Of a stretch of DNA of 64,000 bases, positions 1 to 13,867 are shown in pieces; position 1 is the stretch's first letter, and each line of letters starts with the position of its first letter. Position numbers and translations under genes: made by a program. The notes below the pieces were generated by a model that saw only the letters and a list, made by a program, of their open reading frames with translations, had not been told where the DNA came from and ran no database searches. Source of the stretch: Phoronis australis (Eukaryota; Animalia; Phoronida); NCBI GenBank assembly GCA_002633005.1, contig NMRA01000245.1, forward strand, positions 124,001-188,000. Reading direction: 5' to 3'.

Positions 1-573
1 CTGTCAGTGCCAATAAAGATGGCCGTACAAAACAACAGTTATGAAAAACATTCCAGGTAAACCACATGTTTGTTGGCCTCTGTACAAAAGATAAGTGCAT
101 ACTGCACTCACACAAAACTGTTTAGGAAGGCTGCTGTTACCACAAAACCACAACAAGCATGAAGGCATGGTGTAAGGCATTAAGCCTGGGTCATGGACAG
201 ACCCCTACACCTATTCCCACAGTGGTCAGAAACTGAGCGAGTTGGTTTTGTTGGGAACACAATAGTACAAATCGGAAATATTAAGTCTATGAATGTCAGC
301 TCACCCCGTTTACATATAGAGTGGTCTCGACAAAAATTAGGAGCAGTCTGGAATTATACACCAAATATTGCTTGTTAAATTACTTTGTCGTAACGGACAA
401 ACGTCGAGAAACTTCAGTAATCCACTCAAGGTTTCTACAGTTAACATACCAATAACATGGTGGTGAAGTTAGGTCCCAATACCATAACAAGACCACACAA
501 CTCGTTCAACAAAACTTAACTGCCAACAACAACAGCTGACTTAAAGACATCTGCAACAACACATCACACTTAC

Positions 574-2353
574 CTTTCTTTCCGTTCGCGCTCTAAGCGT
601 TCACGCTCTGCCCTATCCCGTTCGGCAAGCAGCTCCCTCTCGCGCAGCAGGCTCATATCGCGCACAAGATCGTCCTGAAACTGGGCTAACATCCACGGCG
701 GGGGTAGCGGCACTTGTGGGTACTTCTGTTGCCAGAGCAGCTCCAACTGGGCTGCAGTCACATTAGGGTGTAGACTCTGGTAAGATGCCGACAACCGCTG
801 CTGTTCGTGGAGCAGATGCTGGTACTGCAGTTGTAGCTGCTGCTGGCGTGCCGCTGCCGCTGCCAATGGGTCGTTGGCATAGTGGTTGAGAGCGGCTAGC
901 GTACCAGCCGCAGCCGCGTGGGGTATGAGGTGGGGCGCCAGCCCAGCACTCATTGTCACCGGGTAGGGGATAGGCGTCAGGATGCGTGTGTTGGCAGCAG
1001 TCGCGGCAGCAGCAGCGCTAGCACCACCAACGAGACCCTGGTGCTGCGACGGCTGCTGGCCGACAGACGAGATGCCATGCGGAATGGGTGTGTGTACAGA
1101 CGGATAAGAGGAAGCTTGCTGTGATGAGGTGGTGGCCAGATGGCGTGACAACATGGCCGATCCCTGCTGTTGATGCTGGAGTGACACTATTTGTTGCCGT
1201 GCCTCTGTGTCCTTTTTTATCAAGTCTGGGTCCCGCCACACTGTTACAGTTTCATTTTTGTCCGGCACGAGCGGACTGGATGAGGCACTCGTTTTGGGTG
1301 AGCTTTTTCTCACCTCACCAACCACATTGTGTCTCTGGTGTGCACGGTCACTATCCTCTGTTGGATGGTGCGCTGTATTCTCCTCACGTTTCACTGACAA
1401 AGGTGATGTCTCGCTCACCCTCGATGTATTTGTGGTCTGCGGGGTAGGGCACGACTCCACCGACCCTGCCGACTCGTTGTTGTACACTGTAGTGCTGGCT
1501 GTGCTCTGGTTCGAATCAGGGTTCTCGTACATCCTATCTACCCTAGCGCCCGACAGCTTGGCGACCTGGTCGGTGACGGAATGGTTAACATTGATACTGG
1601 CCGACAAACCGGTCGCGCCCGTAGTCTTCTTTTTCTCCTCCTGGTCGCTGCCACTGAGGAGATGTAACTTTTTATAGTGCATCTCGTCGCCACCAGGACT
1701 ACATGCACTGTCACCATGGACAAAGTCTATTGGTTCATTCTGGCCCAAACCACTAACACTATCACCCGCACTAGTGTTGTTACCACTACAGGTTTTCGAC
1801 TCCTTCCTCTTTCGTCGAGACTTTTTCTCCTTATTTGCGGGTTCTTGACACACGGATGTTGCTGGAGTTTTAGGTTTCTGTTTTTTGTTAGTGTCCAGTT
1901 TGTTACAAATGTCAGTATCAGTATCAGCAGTAGTGGCGTTAGTGGTGGAAGGCACTTGCTCTACGATGTTCACTGAGGTAGTCGTAGACTTTTTGCTTGG
2001 CCGAGCACGCTTGGCCTTTTTCACAGCAGCGACAGAACTGGACGATTCCTCAACAAGTGGCTTGATGTCGCCACTAACAGGGGGCGTGACTGGTCCTTCG
2101 CTCTCTGGGACAGTCTCCCTTTTTGCAGACGCACTCCTCGGTTTCCGTTCCTTCTTGTCCTTCGTTTTAGTTTTGACAGGCTCTCGTAGCCTATCACCAA
2201 TATCGTCCAATGCAACTACTGCAGTTTTTTCTGGGGATTTATCTCCAGGTTTCACTTTCTTAGAAGTCAACGATGCTCTTACTGTAGCAACAACTTTACG
2301 TTTCCTTTCCTTAACTGTTGATTTTGGCTTGGCAACTTTTTCCGGGGATTTTT
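574..2353 (-). CDS. JMJD1C: KDM3/JMJD1C large internal exon: basic K/S/T-rich disordered region, poly-A/Q tracts, RE-rich coiled stretch
   Basis: 1780 nt open frame (ORF 570-2270 extended to the acceptor tattttcag at 2354-2356), donor AG|gtaagt, phase 1/2. Contains KNETVTVWRDPDLI, similar to JMJD1C KNEHFTVYRDPALI (recalled). Confidence 0.92.
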
Positions 2354-4154
2354 CTGAAAATAAGATAAGGTAGAAAAAGTTAGCCTATTTATTTAAAAAA
2401 ATTTACTCAACAGCAAAACTCCAAACATGCCATGAAATTGGCCATTGACCGAGTAGACAGGTTCGAAATATATTGCAAAAATAAAATGATAAACTGCTCT
2501 AAACACTGTATTCAGTTTCACCAGCTATTCGTCACGCCATGTCATCAAATTTATACTAGCTTGTCACGTGTTGACCAACAGCCAATCTACAGTGTAAATG
2601 AAAAAGACAAATGGAAATCTAGGCAAGGAATTCAGTCATGAACACATAAACCTTTTGATTGTATTTTAAACAGCGCAGGAGAGAATCATTAAGCAGTGGC
2701 AAATGCACTGAAAAACATTGAATTTGTTGCCCGTTTTTGGAAGACAAAGAACACCAACGGAAACAAAACTGATCAACACTCCAAATAGACAATATTCAAA
2801 ATTCCAGTCAAAATTGTTTTGACCTACAATAATTTGACGCAACTTCAATCATAAATAAGTGCTCATTATGTCTTTGGTGAGCCAAACTGACACTCATCGT
2901 AATGCAACAGTGCAGTGTCACGCGACTTCTCTGACGGCAGTGTCCTCGTCTAAAAAGGGTTCTATAATTTATTCTCCTCAAACCACCCCATCCCGTCTCT
3001 AAGTAGGTCACCGCCACCAACAGACAGTCCAACTAACTGTGGCCACTATTTACTCAAAGGATTACAGACACATGCAATTCAATCAACTTCCATGTTTAGT
3101 GGCAAAACATGACAGACATTCAAACAACCATTAACTGTAATTTAACAAAACTGGAATCAGAAAATGCTCTTTTCATGTCGCCCTCTTCTGGTTATTGACT
3201 TGCCAACGTCAACAAACACGCACACAATGAGGACAGCACTGAATCAATCAATCTGCTCAACTCAATAATGTGACCTCCTGGTCATATTAAATATCTGTGA
3301 TGTCACTCAGACAACAGTGGCCATCCAGTGGCAGATGAGGGGTGTGAACAAAGGAAGGGCTCAGTGAAAGAGTCCTGGATCAGCCGCCATCAACCAATCA
3401 CTTCAGGAGCCAGTTTCACGAAAACCGACTTCAGACTTTGGTCAGAAATTTGATCTTACCGTACACTACACGCAATTGCCTTGGAAGAACAATTACCTTG
3501 TACCACTGCAAAAATACAAGGTCTCTGAGAATAACTAGATTTTGATTTTTTTCCAGGCTAGCACTTACACGGCTAACCTTTTTTCAGAAGTTGCGAAGTG
3601 AGCCCAAGATCGAACTTCTGATTTACAGGACTGTAAGACATGCACAACAAGCATATTCCATTACTCTTGACAACTAGATGACTTATAGTCTGGCGCATAC
3701 TTAGGCTAGCTGCTGTTGGTAAATCAGATTGATAGAGAGATGCAACAGACATACCAGGGATACTGGCTGGGTCAGTGCAGCAGCATTGACTGCAAACATT
3801 GCTCAAGGCTAGACAAGTGAAGACATGCATGCTGGCTCTGTTGAACTCAATCTATGGCAAAGATCCAAACCACGGTTACCTCAACTAACCTCAGCTCAAC
3901 CCATTTAACACTAATGTGTAACACAGGTCACCTGGGACCACCAGCCTCTCCCTTATAGAGAATCCATCCATCTTGTCCTCACTAGAAAAGTTCACCCATT
4001 AATCAACACTGTTCCTTTCTGCTCACTGACCGTGTCTCCCTCTGTTGTCCAGTCAGTATCATCACACATTCAATATTGAGACTGGAGTCGTCTCGCACGT
4101 AACATATGCCACTGACCAACTGTTCAAGCCGTGTGTACTAACAAGCACATCTAT

Positions 4155-4287
4155 TGCTGTAGTGGTAAAATTAGAGTTAAGTAGGTGCCGAAAGCCCACA
4201 GCATCACCTTGAGCACTGAATGGAACTTACAAAGCGTAGGCGCTAGGTTCAAATACCAAAAGGTGGTTGGCTGCCCTACGCCCCATT
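4155..4287. repeat. Dispersed ~135 bp repeat with internal inverted repeats, copy 1 (more decayed)
   Basis: Aligns by eye end to end with 50933-51067 (tgctgta.tggtaaaat.agag.taagtag..gccgaaagcccac...tcaccttgagca.tgaa...gcgtaggcgcta..ttcaaat...aaaaggtgg...cctacgcccca). Confidence 0.85.
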
Positions 4288-5945
4288 GATGACAGTGAGC
4301 GGTGAGGTCCTCCCCCACTACCAACACTGGTTCTTAACAGCCTTTCTAAGCAGAGAAAGGCAGCCAAATTCTTTTATTTGATGCACAATATCACTAGCTT
4401 GAAATAAATATCGATAGGTTAGCTATAAACATTTGGACCAAGCTCAAAACTGGATGCAATGCATCTTCACAAGCTAAGAACTGTATTCAGTGGTGAAAAT
4501 GAGCCAGGACTCACTTACAACACATAATCATACCGGTGACACTTTTAAAGTATTCATTTGTTCACACAAGAAAATAATACGGAAGAGGCCATCCATTTAT
4601 CACAGAGTATTCCACAAATTAACCTAGTTGTTGGAAAAACCTAGGGGATTAATCAGCTTTACTAGTATACATGTGTATAATTGAAGAATTATTTAGGGCA
4701 ACAAATACATGGTATATAGATAAGAAACCTTTGAAATTACCTCATCTAAAAACCATGTGCTAATTGGCCTTACTACAGTAATGTTACTGAGCCAGTAATC
4801 AGGGATAGATTTTGCAAAAAATGCAAACACTTGGCATTCAGCCAAAAAGTTAAGAGAACTGCTTTTGAATAGCCTTCTTTAGAAGAATTTGGAATGTATT
4901 CAAAGAATGAATTTAAAAACTTAGTGCCGTCCAGCATATAAATCAAAATAATGTGCATCATTAAATGTGACACTAGGCAAATCCAAAAAAATTTTGTTGA
5001 GTGGAAACGACGTACATACCGTCCAAAATGGGCCCGCCAATTTCTCAAGACCCACGTAACCAGCGAAACCAGAAGACTCCCAAGTTATTATGGCGTAGCA
5101 TCACTGTGGAGACCACGAACTCCCAGTGCTGCTGTTACTAAGTTAAAAAGAGACCCCTACGTCAACTTGCTTGCTTTACTTGGGTATCCAAATGCCGAAC
5201 TGGGCATCTTAGCAAGGGTGGATAAATTTTAGTCTGAATGCCCATATGGACGCTCACTCAACAGAGGCCTGAAGGGGTACCACTAGTCATTGCTGGCCTT
5301 CATCAGACAGGAGCTGGCTTAGTCCACCTGAACAGCTTCTACTACAGGCAGTCAAGACATCAACCAGTAGCCCTCAAGACATCAACCAGTAGCACTCATG
5401 CAGAAAGTACAGGAGAACCAGATACCACTGGCAAATATTTACCTGCTTTGTATTGCCCCACAACAGCTCATTGTGTCTTATTTATAGCCCATTCAACACG
5501 GCTAGAGGTCTCATTGTCAGGTGGGACAAAAGCGTACAAAAGCCCATCAAAGGTGAATGATACCCAGAGGGCTGACTGACTGGCAGGGATCAATTATGGC
5601 ACTGGTCAGCCCCAGGTAGACAGTTATTATTTATTGACCACTCACTGTCCAGTGTATCAACCACTGAGCCCAACACTTTTCAAGCCACTGGGCATTCATA
5701 AAGAACACCAGTGATGTAACCTTAATCCAAGAGTGAGTAACCTAACAGATGCAGGTTTATGCCATTAGTCTGTACAAAGACTCTTTAAGTCAATGACCAG
5801 GGGACTAATTCTGACACAATATATCACATGTTGTAGATACAAAAATATCCAAAATTACACAAACATTTTTTTACTTGAGACCCAACACACAAATAAGGAT
5901 TTTTGTGACAGAATTTTACCCCACAGGCCTGGCTTCACATCTATA

Positions 5946-6319
5946 GTACCGTCCACACAGACTTACCCTAGAACAAGTTACTCCTGAACGAGTTGTAGCT
6001 AGGTTTGAAAGCTTTATGAACACTATTTAACCTGGCGCAACTTGCACCACATTATCGAGGTGGGGTAACTTAAGTTACTTGTAATTGCTCTGTGGCTACA
6101 AAAGTGGTGCAAGGCGGAATTATCAGCTGCGGTTATATACAGGTGGGTTTTCTCTTGTGTGCTATATTGGCATTAGGAGTTCATTGTCACTCACAGAGTG
6201 ACAATTTCCCGCTCTTACTCTTATAGGGTATATATGCGTGCCTGCGGACGCTCCACTTAAAAGTGGGGTACGTTGCACAAGTGCAATTCTTCCTAAGGTA
6301 GGCTGTGTGTGGACGGGAC
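5946..6319. mobile_element. PIF/Harbinger-like MITE
   Basis: TIRs gtaccgtccacaca ... tgtgtggacgggac, flanked by ATA/TTA (TWA-like TSD), no transposase. A diverged homologue lies at 45385-45871. Confidence 0.7.
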
Positions 6320-6943
6320 TTACGAGACAGCACACCAACCTCACATTACTGCCAGGAACACGAGAGCCTAAGTTCACCCCCCATATCACAGCAGAATAGA
6401 AACCAATTAACCGCACACCTGCAAGCAGGACGGCCTTTTCGCCAAGTGAAAACTTATACATGATTTCCAATATTTTAAGCCATAAGACGCCGCAATACAC
6501 CCAAACAAATGTCATTTTCAAGTCAATCGGAAATCGTAGTAAAAACTCAGTGGTCACATTGTTGTAAAGAGGGCAGCATGACTGAATTCTCCTCACCGGG
6601 CGACTTTCAGGAAAATTTGATATTTGATCCACGCTGATGTTGTAGGTGCCCAGGAATGAGTTTTATGCTCTAAAAGTACATAGAACACGGGTAAATCTGT
6701 AAAATGGCAACCATCTCTTCCTCAGTGCAAAGAAAAAACAAACCCACGACTGGTGACTGTTGTGAAATACAACTGCCATTAGTGGCATCCCAGGATATAA
6801 ATAATCTAGACACAAACATGTAGGTCAGTTTCTAGAGCACAGCAGGTCACAAGCAAAACACAACCTATGTCACCACCATATGGCTGGAGACAGTGTCACC
6901 ATCCGTCACCCAAAAACAACGTCAACATCACACCCGCCTTTAC

Positions 6944-7079
6944 CTCTCGGCTTTTCTATGACCTCTGGCAGGGTTTCGCTAGCAGACGACTTTTGGCGTG
7001 GTTTCCGACTCACTGCCGCTTTGGTTGGCTGTGCAGTATGTGTTGGGCTTTGGGGTCGAGGGCGGTTACTGTAATGACC
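6944..7079 (-). CDS. JMJD1C: KDM3/JMJD1C exon (GHYSNRPRPQSPTHTAQPTKAAVSRKPRQKSSASETLPEVIEKPR), absent from the ORF track
   Basis: Acceptor tgtctgtttcag|GGT, donor G|gtaaag, 136 nt, phase 0/1, fits both flanking exons. Only this frame stays open. Weak similarity to JMJD1C SHYTRAQANSP (recalled). Confidence 0.8.
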
Positions 7080-8417
7080 CTGAAACAGACAACAGATGCC
7101 ATTCAGAAAAGTCTAAACATAAGTGAACACAGAAATACTTATTGCATTTAATGATCAAAAGGGAAAAATACCTCGCCCTCTGCTGTTAATGTAGTGCAAC
7201 AGCTGCAGTCTACTAGGACCAGTTGTCTTAATATGGCAGATACAGCAACTCAAGACTAGTCATGGTTCTATGGATGTCCAGTGCACACAGACTATACAAA
7301 TGGCTGTGCATCACTGTCTGCTCATCTATATCAATATTGGTGATGGAACCATACCAATCATTAACCATAAGACAATAAGCAGTGGTTGTACATGGCTGCG
7401 CTGTCCCCACTATTATTAATCGACTTTGTCCTAACCAGTCTTGTTCAGAATCAATGCCATAATATGCACATGGTCTCCCACTGACTTGACAACGTGGCAA
7501 ATTAAGGAAATTAATGTCATATTGACAGCTTGTTACACATGGCCATGCAAACTAATGAGCAAATATAGATTTCTGTTCAACTACGATATACCTAAACAGC
7601 GAACAACAGAAGCTAGCCAACCAGCATCAGAAACATCAAGCTCATTACTGGCTTTTGACAGGCATGTGTGACCACACAATGGTGTAGTGGTCAGGGCAGA
7701 TTCCTGGAACCAAGGCTGTGTGATTGACTGGCATCCCCCACAAGGCAGGTCACTAGGGAAACAGTGGTCCTGTGGCTAACCACAGACTAGAGAGCAAGAG
7801 ATCAAGAGAGCCACAGCAGGGGTGACAATAGCCCCCCACACACACATACCCTCACAAGTTCCACAAACATGGCCACCAGCCTCAGGCATTGGCAAAACAC
7901 AAGGTAAACAAACTGTATTGGATTTCAATAAACAGGCCATGAATACCAGTGCACAACCAAGCTATTCAGTGGGACAACAACAGGCCCACTAAAGCAGCAT
8001 AATAGGGAAAGGTCAATCCCTCACTTTGGAGCTATGATCATTAATCAGGTCCAAAACAGCGTGAATTCAATTGATAAGAGCGCGAATGCCAACATGAAAA
8101 ATACACTTCTGCGGCAGGCTCGGAACCAACGCAAGCGTAACTGTGTATGAAAGCTGCAGGAATTTGCATGGGATTTGACTGAGGAATAGCCAACAATGCT
8201 GCCAACTAAGTATTGACGCAATCGTTGACAAACACACTAACAGATCACCCAACATGTACCAATAATCAAAAGTTGCGATGACTTAACCTTTCACAAAAGT
8301 TAACGAAGCGTGAGTGAATGGTAGGGCAAAATCGACAACTACGTGCGTACACAACAGAGACGAGAGTGGATCGATAATATAGATCCACTTCACAGACTCG
8401 TTTACTACAAGCCTACG

Positions 8418-8442
8418 CACACACACACACACACACACACAC
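8418..8442. repeat. (CA)n microsatellite
   Basis: Direct inspection. Confidence 0.9.
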
Positions 8443-11400
8443 TAACTAGGCATGTGGTGTACAGCACAGGCACTGAACATGTACAGTACAGCAGACATTA
8501 ATCTATAATTAACATTTCCTAAAGATCAATCAGAGTGACCTGGGGGGAGGTTGACATTCATCACTTAGTTCAGATGATTTCATTAGCCAGTCACCATCTC
8601 TAACCTGCTGTCAGTAACTAAATAAAGCAAATGAGGGGGGTAAGTATCACTGTTTAAGAAATAGAACAACTGACAGAATTAGCTGCCAGGTCAGTCAACA
8701 GTTTGTGCTTAGCTACCATTTTAATTGAGGCTGCCAGCACAGCTGGCTACTCTCTCTACAGAAAACCTGACAAGAACTTTGAAAATGTCTACTGTAAATA
8801 ACTTTCAAACAACCCATGACCACATTGGCAACATGACCCTTGGTATTGAAAAACACTTCAACCAAACACTAACTGGCCCTGTAACATTGAATAACTTGGT
8901 CTATGGCCAGCAGTTGAATAGTTGCATAACAGGCCAGAACTGAATAGGTCTTCCCAGTTAGGTAATCCCCCATGAACAAACAGAGGGGCTGAAGGGGTTT
9001 CAGACAATGACAGCAGACATGATGTAACCTTACTCAATGCGGAATGTAACATCTTGGTTGGTGGTGATCCCAACTTGATAAACACACACACACTCTTATT
9101 CAGACACAGGCTGACAATCGATTACCATTAATGAAATGGAAAGGAACTTAAGTTAAACCCAGCAAGGGGGATGGCTTACAGTAATCAGATGGAACCCAGG
9201 GCACAACTTTCATTATTAAAACCTATTTCAAGCTGGCCACTGACATTCATTGTACATTTATGAAAAAATGTGATTTAGGATTCCAGAAACCACCATGCAA
9301 TCTACTTAATTGCAATAGGTCAGGTTTTCAAAGGTCACAGAAAGCTTATTGCTGATTACAGGTTTGCCACATCAAATGACTTACATCATGTTATTTCACA
9401 AAGGCCTGGAATACAAACCACCACTCAAGAAAAGACACCTAACCATCTGTGAATAAGTATTTACTATGGGCAAGACAGCAAACCCACGCTAGCCAGAAGA
9501 ATAAACTAATGTCCAACCCACTCCAGGTCAAGCAAGAATAAAACCAACAGTCACAGAAAAGTAAATTGGTTCAATGAGATGATTATAAAAGGCGTTTTTT
9601 AGAATCAATAAAAGCTGCCACTCAGACAAGAGAGTGGATGTGACTCATCACCAGATCTGACCCCGACTGATGACCTAGTTTGTAAGACACTGCCAGTGCT
9701 TAGGAGCACCTACATAACACAGCCAATGCAATATGTCCAAGGTCACTGAAAAAACAGGAGGAAACAAGAGGCACCCAAAAGGTTTCTGAAAACAGATGAT
9801 CACAGTGATATGGGAAATGATAAATAGCCTAGATGACAACTTCTGGGCTGGTGAATAGCACGCACAAGACAGCTATTACAAAACTAGTGATAGATAAAAA
9901 CACAAACGACAAAATACATTGTAGATATTTGAGGATGTTTGAAAATATATCCCTCACCAACACCTACAAAATTAAACCATGTAATAAGACTGGGGACACC
10001 CAACCATAGACTGATTGCATCAAATCAATGTCTGCGATCATGGAGTTTTGATCTACTCTTCAGCCGCTTTGACATCAAGAACAAGTAGATTCTATTCAGA
10101 CACTAGGCCCAAGAATCAAGACGGTCATTTTCTTTTGCTATGTAATCGTCAGGTGAATACCTCGACTTTTAAGTCCATAACGGCCTGGAAAGCTTCCATG
10201 ACTTTTAGTAGTGAATTGAAAATCAAAATATTCCACACAGGTTTCAATTGAAGGCATGATATTTTCAACATTGACAAAATGGTCAAAGCCTAAATGAGGG
10301 TAGCGATGTGCGGAGAACTTGGACCAAAAATACATTCAAAGATCTGTTTAAGCTTCAGATAACCGAGGGGACAAATGTCCATCAAATGCCACAAAATTAG
10401 CAACAGTAATGATGAGTAATGATTTCTAAATATATAACAAAATAAGATTATCCTAATTCCAACAAAATTACAGTTACCTACAAGGGGAAGGCGTGCTACA
10501 CTCTTATCTTTTCTTCGGTCCACAACCTGCCTCAAATACTCACTCAACAATCCCAAGGTAAGGTGACTATCCTATGTGGTATCCTGTGTTCACTCTCAGG
10601 AAAACAACAGTCCAAAATGCGCAGATTAAAACCAGCTGTACATCTTGTTAGCTGTTGAGCACATGGCCAGACTAACGACTTGAGTCTTCACTCAAGGGGA
10701 GGCTGAGTAGTATTAACATAACAAAAGCTGCATTACACACGAGCACACACAGTGCTATTGAGCATAACCTGAATAAGCCTTTGACAGGCTTAGATTAGGA
10801 GCTTGTTAATGGCTGGAGGCCACTGAGGGGGGAAACCTGACCTTTAAGCGTGGGGGCCCACAAAAGGGGACTCAGACGTGGCAAATACCAAAGTACAGAG
10901 GCACAAAGTGGGGACTTTCACTACGGCACAACAAATGTGGAAAGGGTTAACCAGAACGTCCTTTTCCTGGTAGTCATCAAGGAAAGCCAAACTTAATACA
11001 CCATTTTTAACAGCAACATAAAATGGAGAAATAGTGTAGTCAGGACTGATGAGAAAAGGTCTCCTTTACAAGCTTGGGTACTTGAAGGTCATCTGCAGCC
11101 TGCTGCGAGCCCCCGTTAGATGCCTCTTGGATCAATACACTTCAGAATGGCTGCATTGTACCTAGACAGCAGGCATACCATGGCCACAGGCTATTTACCA
11201 AGTTAAACAACATTAGAATGACAATGGGAAATGACTAGCATACTAAAGCAACCCTCAGACATACTCACCTAGTCTGTTCACTGAGGGGTACACACAGGGG
11301 GGCAAGGGGGGAGGCGTAAAAGCCCTCTGGTAACTGGTCCCTACACCAGCAGGAGACCATTACCTAGCCTAGCCTCCTGTCAGTGAAATGAACATGAGAA

Positions 11401-12737
11401 GTTTTTTCTTGATAGCTTTCCGAGATGTTTCAGGCTGACACTAACTCTTGAATCACGTACACTGACATGCCCCATGTTGACTCAACTAAAGATGACAAAG
11501 AAGGCGGGACTCTATGAAATGTGTTAGATTGTAATCAAAGACAGCCATACCAACAGAGCAAGGTCAGGCACTCGTGATTTGATCCTCGCTACAGCATTCA
11601 AAACAGACCACTTCCAAACATTACAGGTTGATATTTCAAATTTCAGCTTGAAATATGGAAATCCAACTAAAAAAGTAGTTGCTACCAGAGGCGCCATTTC
11701 AGATTGAATTTCATTGCGTTCCTGATCTAAGCTTGACTAAGGTACCTATGCTCTACAAGTGAAGAATTTCCAGGTCAACCCAGTTGTTGTTGAGTCAAGC
11801 CCCTCCTTCACAAACACATTTTTTTCAAGATTTTCCATCAATTTACAAAAGTACAATCAAATATTGATCTTGTTTATGCGTTCCATTCAAAGGCGCTGTA
11901 CATTTCCTCAACTTTTGCATGAATTGCACAGACAGTTGAAAATTGCATTTAAAACTTTATCTACATTTCTTTGCTTTCTAAGAAGCTGAAAATGAAATAC
12001 CAGAATCTTTGTACAATTCGCCAAAACAAAGGCCCCATATTGTCTCATCACCATGTGTATAAGGACACAACTGTGCAGCGAAGTTCCTTGCTCGTAACTG
12101 CAAATGCAGTGTTTCTGAGAAAAGTTATCTGACCCAAGGCAGATCATTTCAAACTCTGTCCAAAAGTTGGTCCCATAGACGCATAATTACAGTGCCCCAG
12201 CCATAACTGAACGCTCCACTAATGTAAGTAACACCAAGGTTGACCAATGTTAATATGTTAAGCAGGGCACATTTACCAAGCTGAAAACTGCTAGCAAGGC
12301 GTATATTCCACCGATTTGAGGTTGAATTACATAGACTGGTACAATGTTACTGCTTGAAATTCTCCACGAGTGGCTACCGGTAACTACAATTGTAATTGAC
12401 TTGATGGTTGTTGAATAAATCTGATATCCACTTAACAGATATCGGCTGGTGGTTTACTGGTTTACCAACTAACTACCTACATTGTGTCAGTAATTGGTAT
12501 AATCAATAATCAGCACTAGTTTAACCAAGAGAGCTGCCCAGTAACTAAGCATGTTTTGTAAACAAAGAGTGGAGAGCCAGCTGTACCTTTTCTATCATTT
12601 CGTAAATGCAGGTGGCGCATGAATCCACCCATATCAGGATAGTACTTGACATAGTTTCACTCAGAAGGCCAAGGCTGACCAAGTTTATTACAGCGAGGAA
12701 ATGAAGACCATACCAAGCAATATTGAACACAGTAGAA

Positions 12738-12803
12738 GGCAGTGTGACCTAGTGGATGGAGTGTCTGGTTCTAGTTCACAAGGTCGAACATAACTGGAAC
12801 CCA
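12738..12803 (+). mobile_element. Degenerate tRNA-derived SINE head
   Basis: A-box-like TGACCTAGTGG (12745-12755), tRNA-like spacing (gagtgtctgg...cacaaggtcga) and a decayed B-box-like ctggaaccc. Confidence 0.45.
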
Positions 12804-13722
12804 TTGCAAGACCCTCCCTCCAGTCAGGTCTGTAGCTGAGTTAAGTTGTGTTAAAATAACAGACTCCTGTTGAGAGCTCACTCAACAGAAATGTTGGGTC
12901 ATATGGTTAAGTGTTATTCTGATCACTGTCTTGTCACTTACCAGTACTACTCATGTACTGTGATGTTCATTTAGTGTTTGGTTGTATTACCGGTCAGTAA
13001 CATTGCTTCCTGATGATGGTTTTAAGTCAATAAACCGAAACATTGACAAATAATATCACAAATCACGTCTCACTTTTCATTTTCAACTTTCTCGTGTTAC
13101 TATGGCCAAAAACTAGTGTTATTAAGCTGTGTATATGTCTATGTGTCATATGCTTATTAATAAATAAAGATTGATTTAGAGCAGACTGAGCACACATGAT
13201 GCATCATGCACCAGACCACCTGCACTATTTTTTAATATTAAACACATGGCAAACAGTTGAACAGCACAAAGAAAACCACCAAACCCTCAGTAGCCTATAC
13301 AAGAAAAAGATCAGCGCATTCCATAACTACTCCTTAGTTGATGAAACTGTTTACAGAAACACAGCTTTTGGCAAAACTCTGTGCCAACATGTATTAGCCA
13401 CAGGCTCCATTGAGGGGTAGTCAACCAACAAATCACATGAAAAGAAAGCAACAACACAAAGGGGAGAGAAAAACCATCATGCTTACTTCAATAGGAACAG
13501 ATTAATGAGGGTGAGAAAAGTTCTATTCACCAGTGTTCACTGACCAGACCTGACTATTAGACAGCCAGTGTTTACCTGGCATTACCACAAGCTCATGGGC
13601 CCATTGAAGAGCAGGGAAGTGTTGCTAATGGACAGACAATAGACAAGTGCCAACCAATACCCAGATGAGATACAACACAACTGATGCCATGACCTAGATT
13701 TAGTGCTCAGTACTTCACATCG

Positions 13723-13782
13723 TGAACAGTTCACCTCATTGCCTGAACAATTCACCTTGTAGTCTGAACAGCTCACCTTGTT
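13723..13782. repeat. 21-bp minisatellite, about 3 copies
   Basis: tgaacagttcacct-type units start at 13723, 13744 and 13765. Confidence 0.75.
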
Positions 13783-13867
13783 AACAGACGCATATGAAAA
13801 CATGAAATGGAAATTTCTCACTGATCAGTAAAATTGTTTCTATGGTTGCCAACCACCAAAATCTTCC

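Noticed and set aside
918-2373. Plus-strand ORFs 918-1124, 1088-1447, 1207-1677, 1677-1976 and 1885-2373
   Set aside because: These are antisense shadows of the large KDM3 exon, with no recognisable domains.
7679-7740. A-box-like TGGTGTAGTGG suggesting a tRNA gene
   Set aside because: There is no B box or cloverleaf; at most it is a very decayed SINE fragment.
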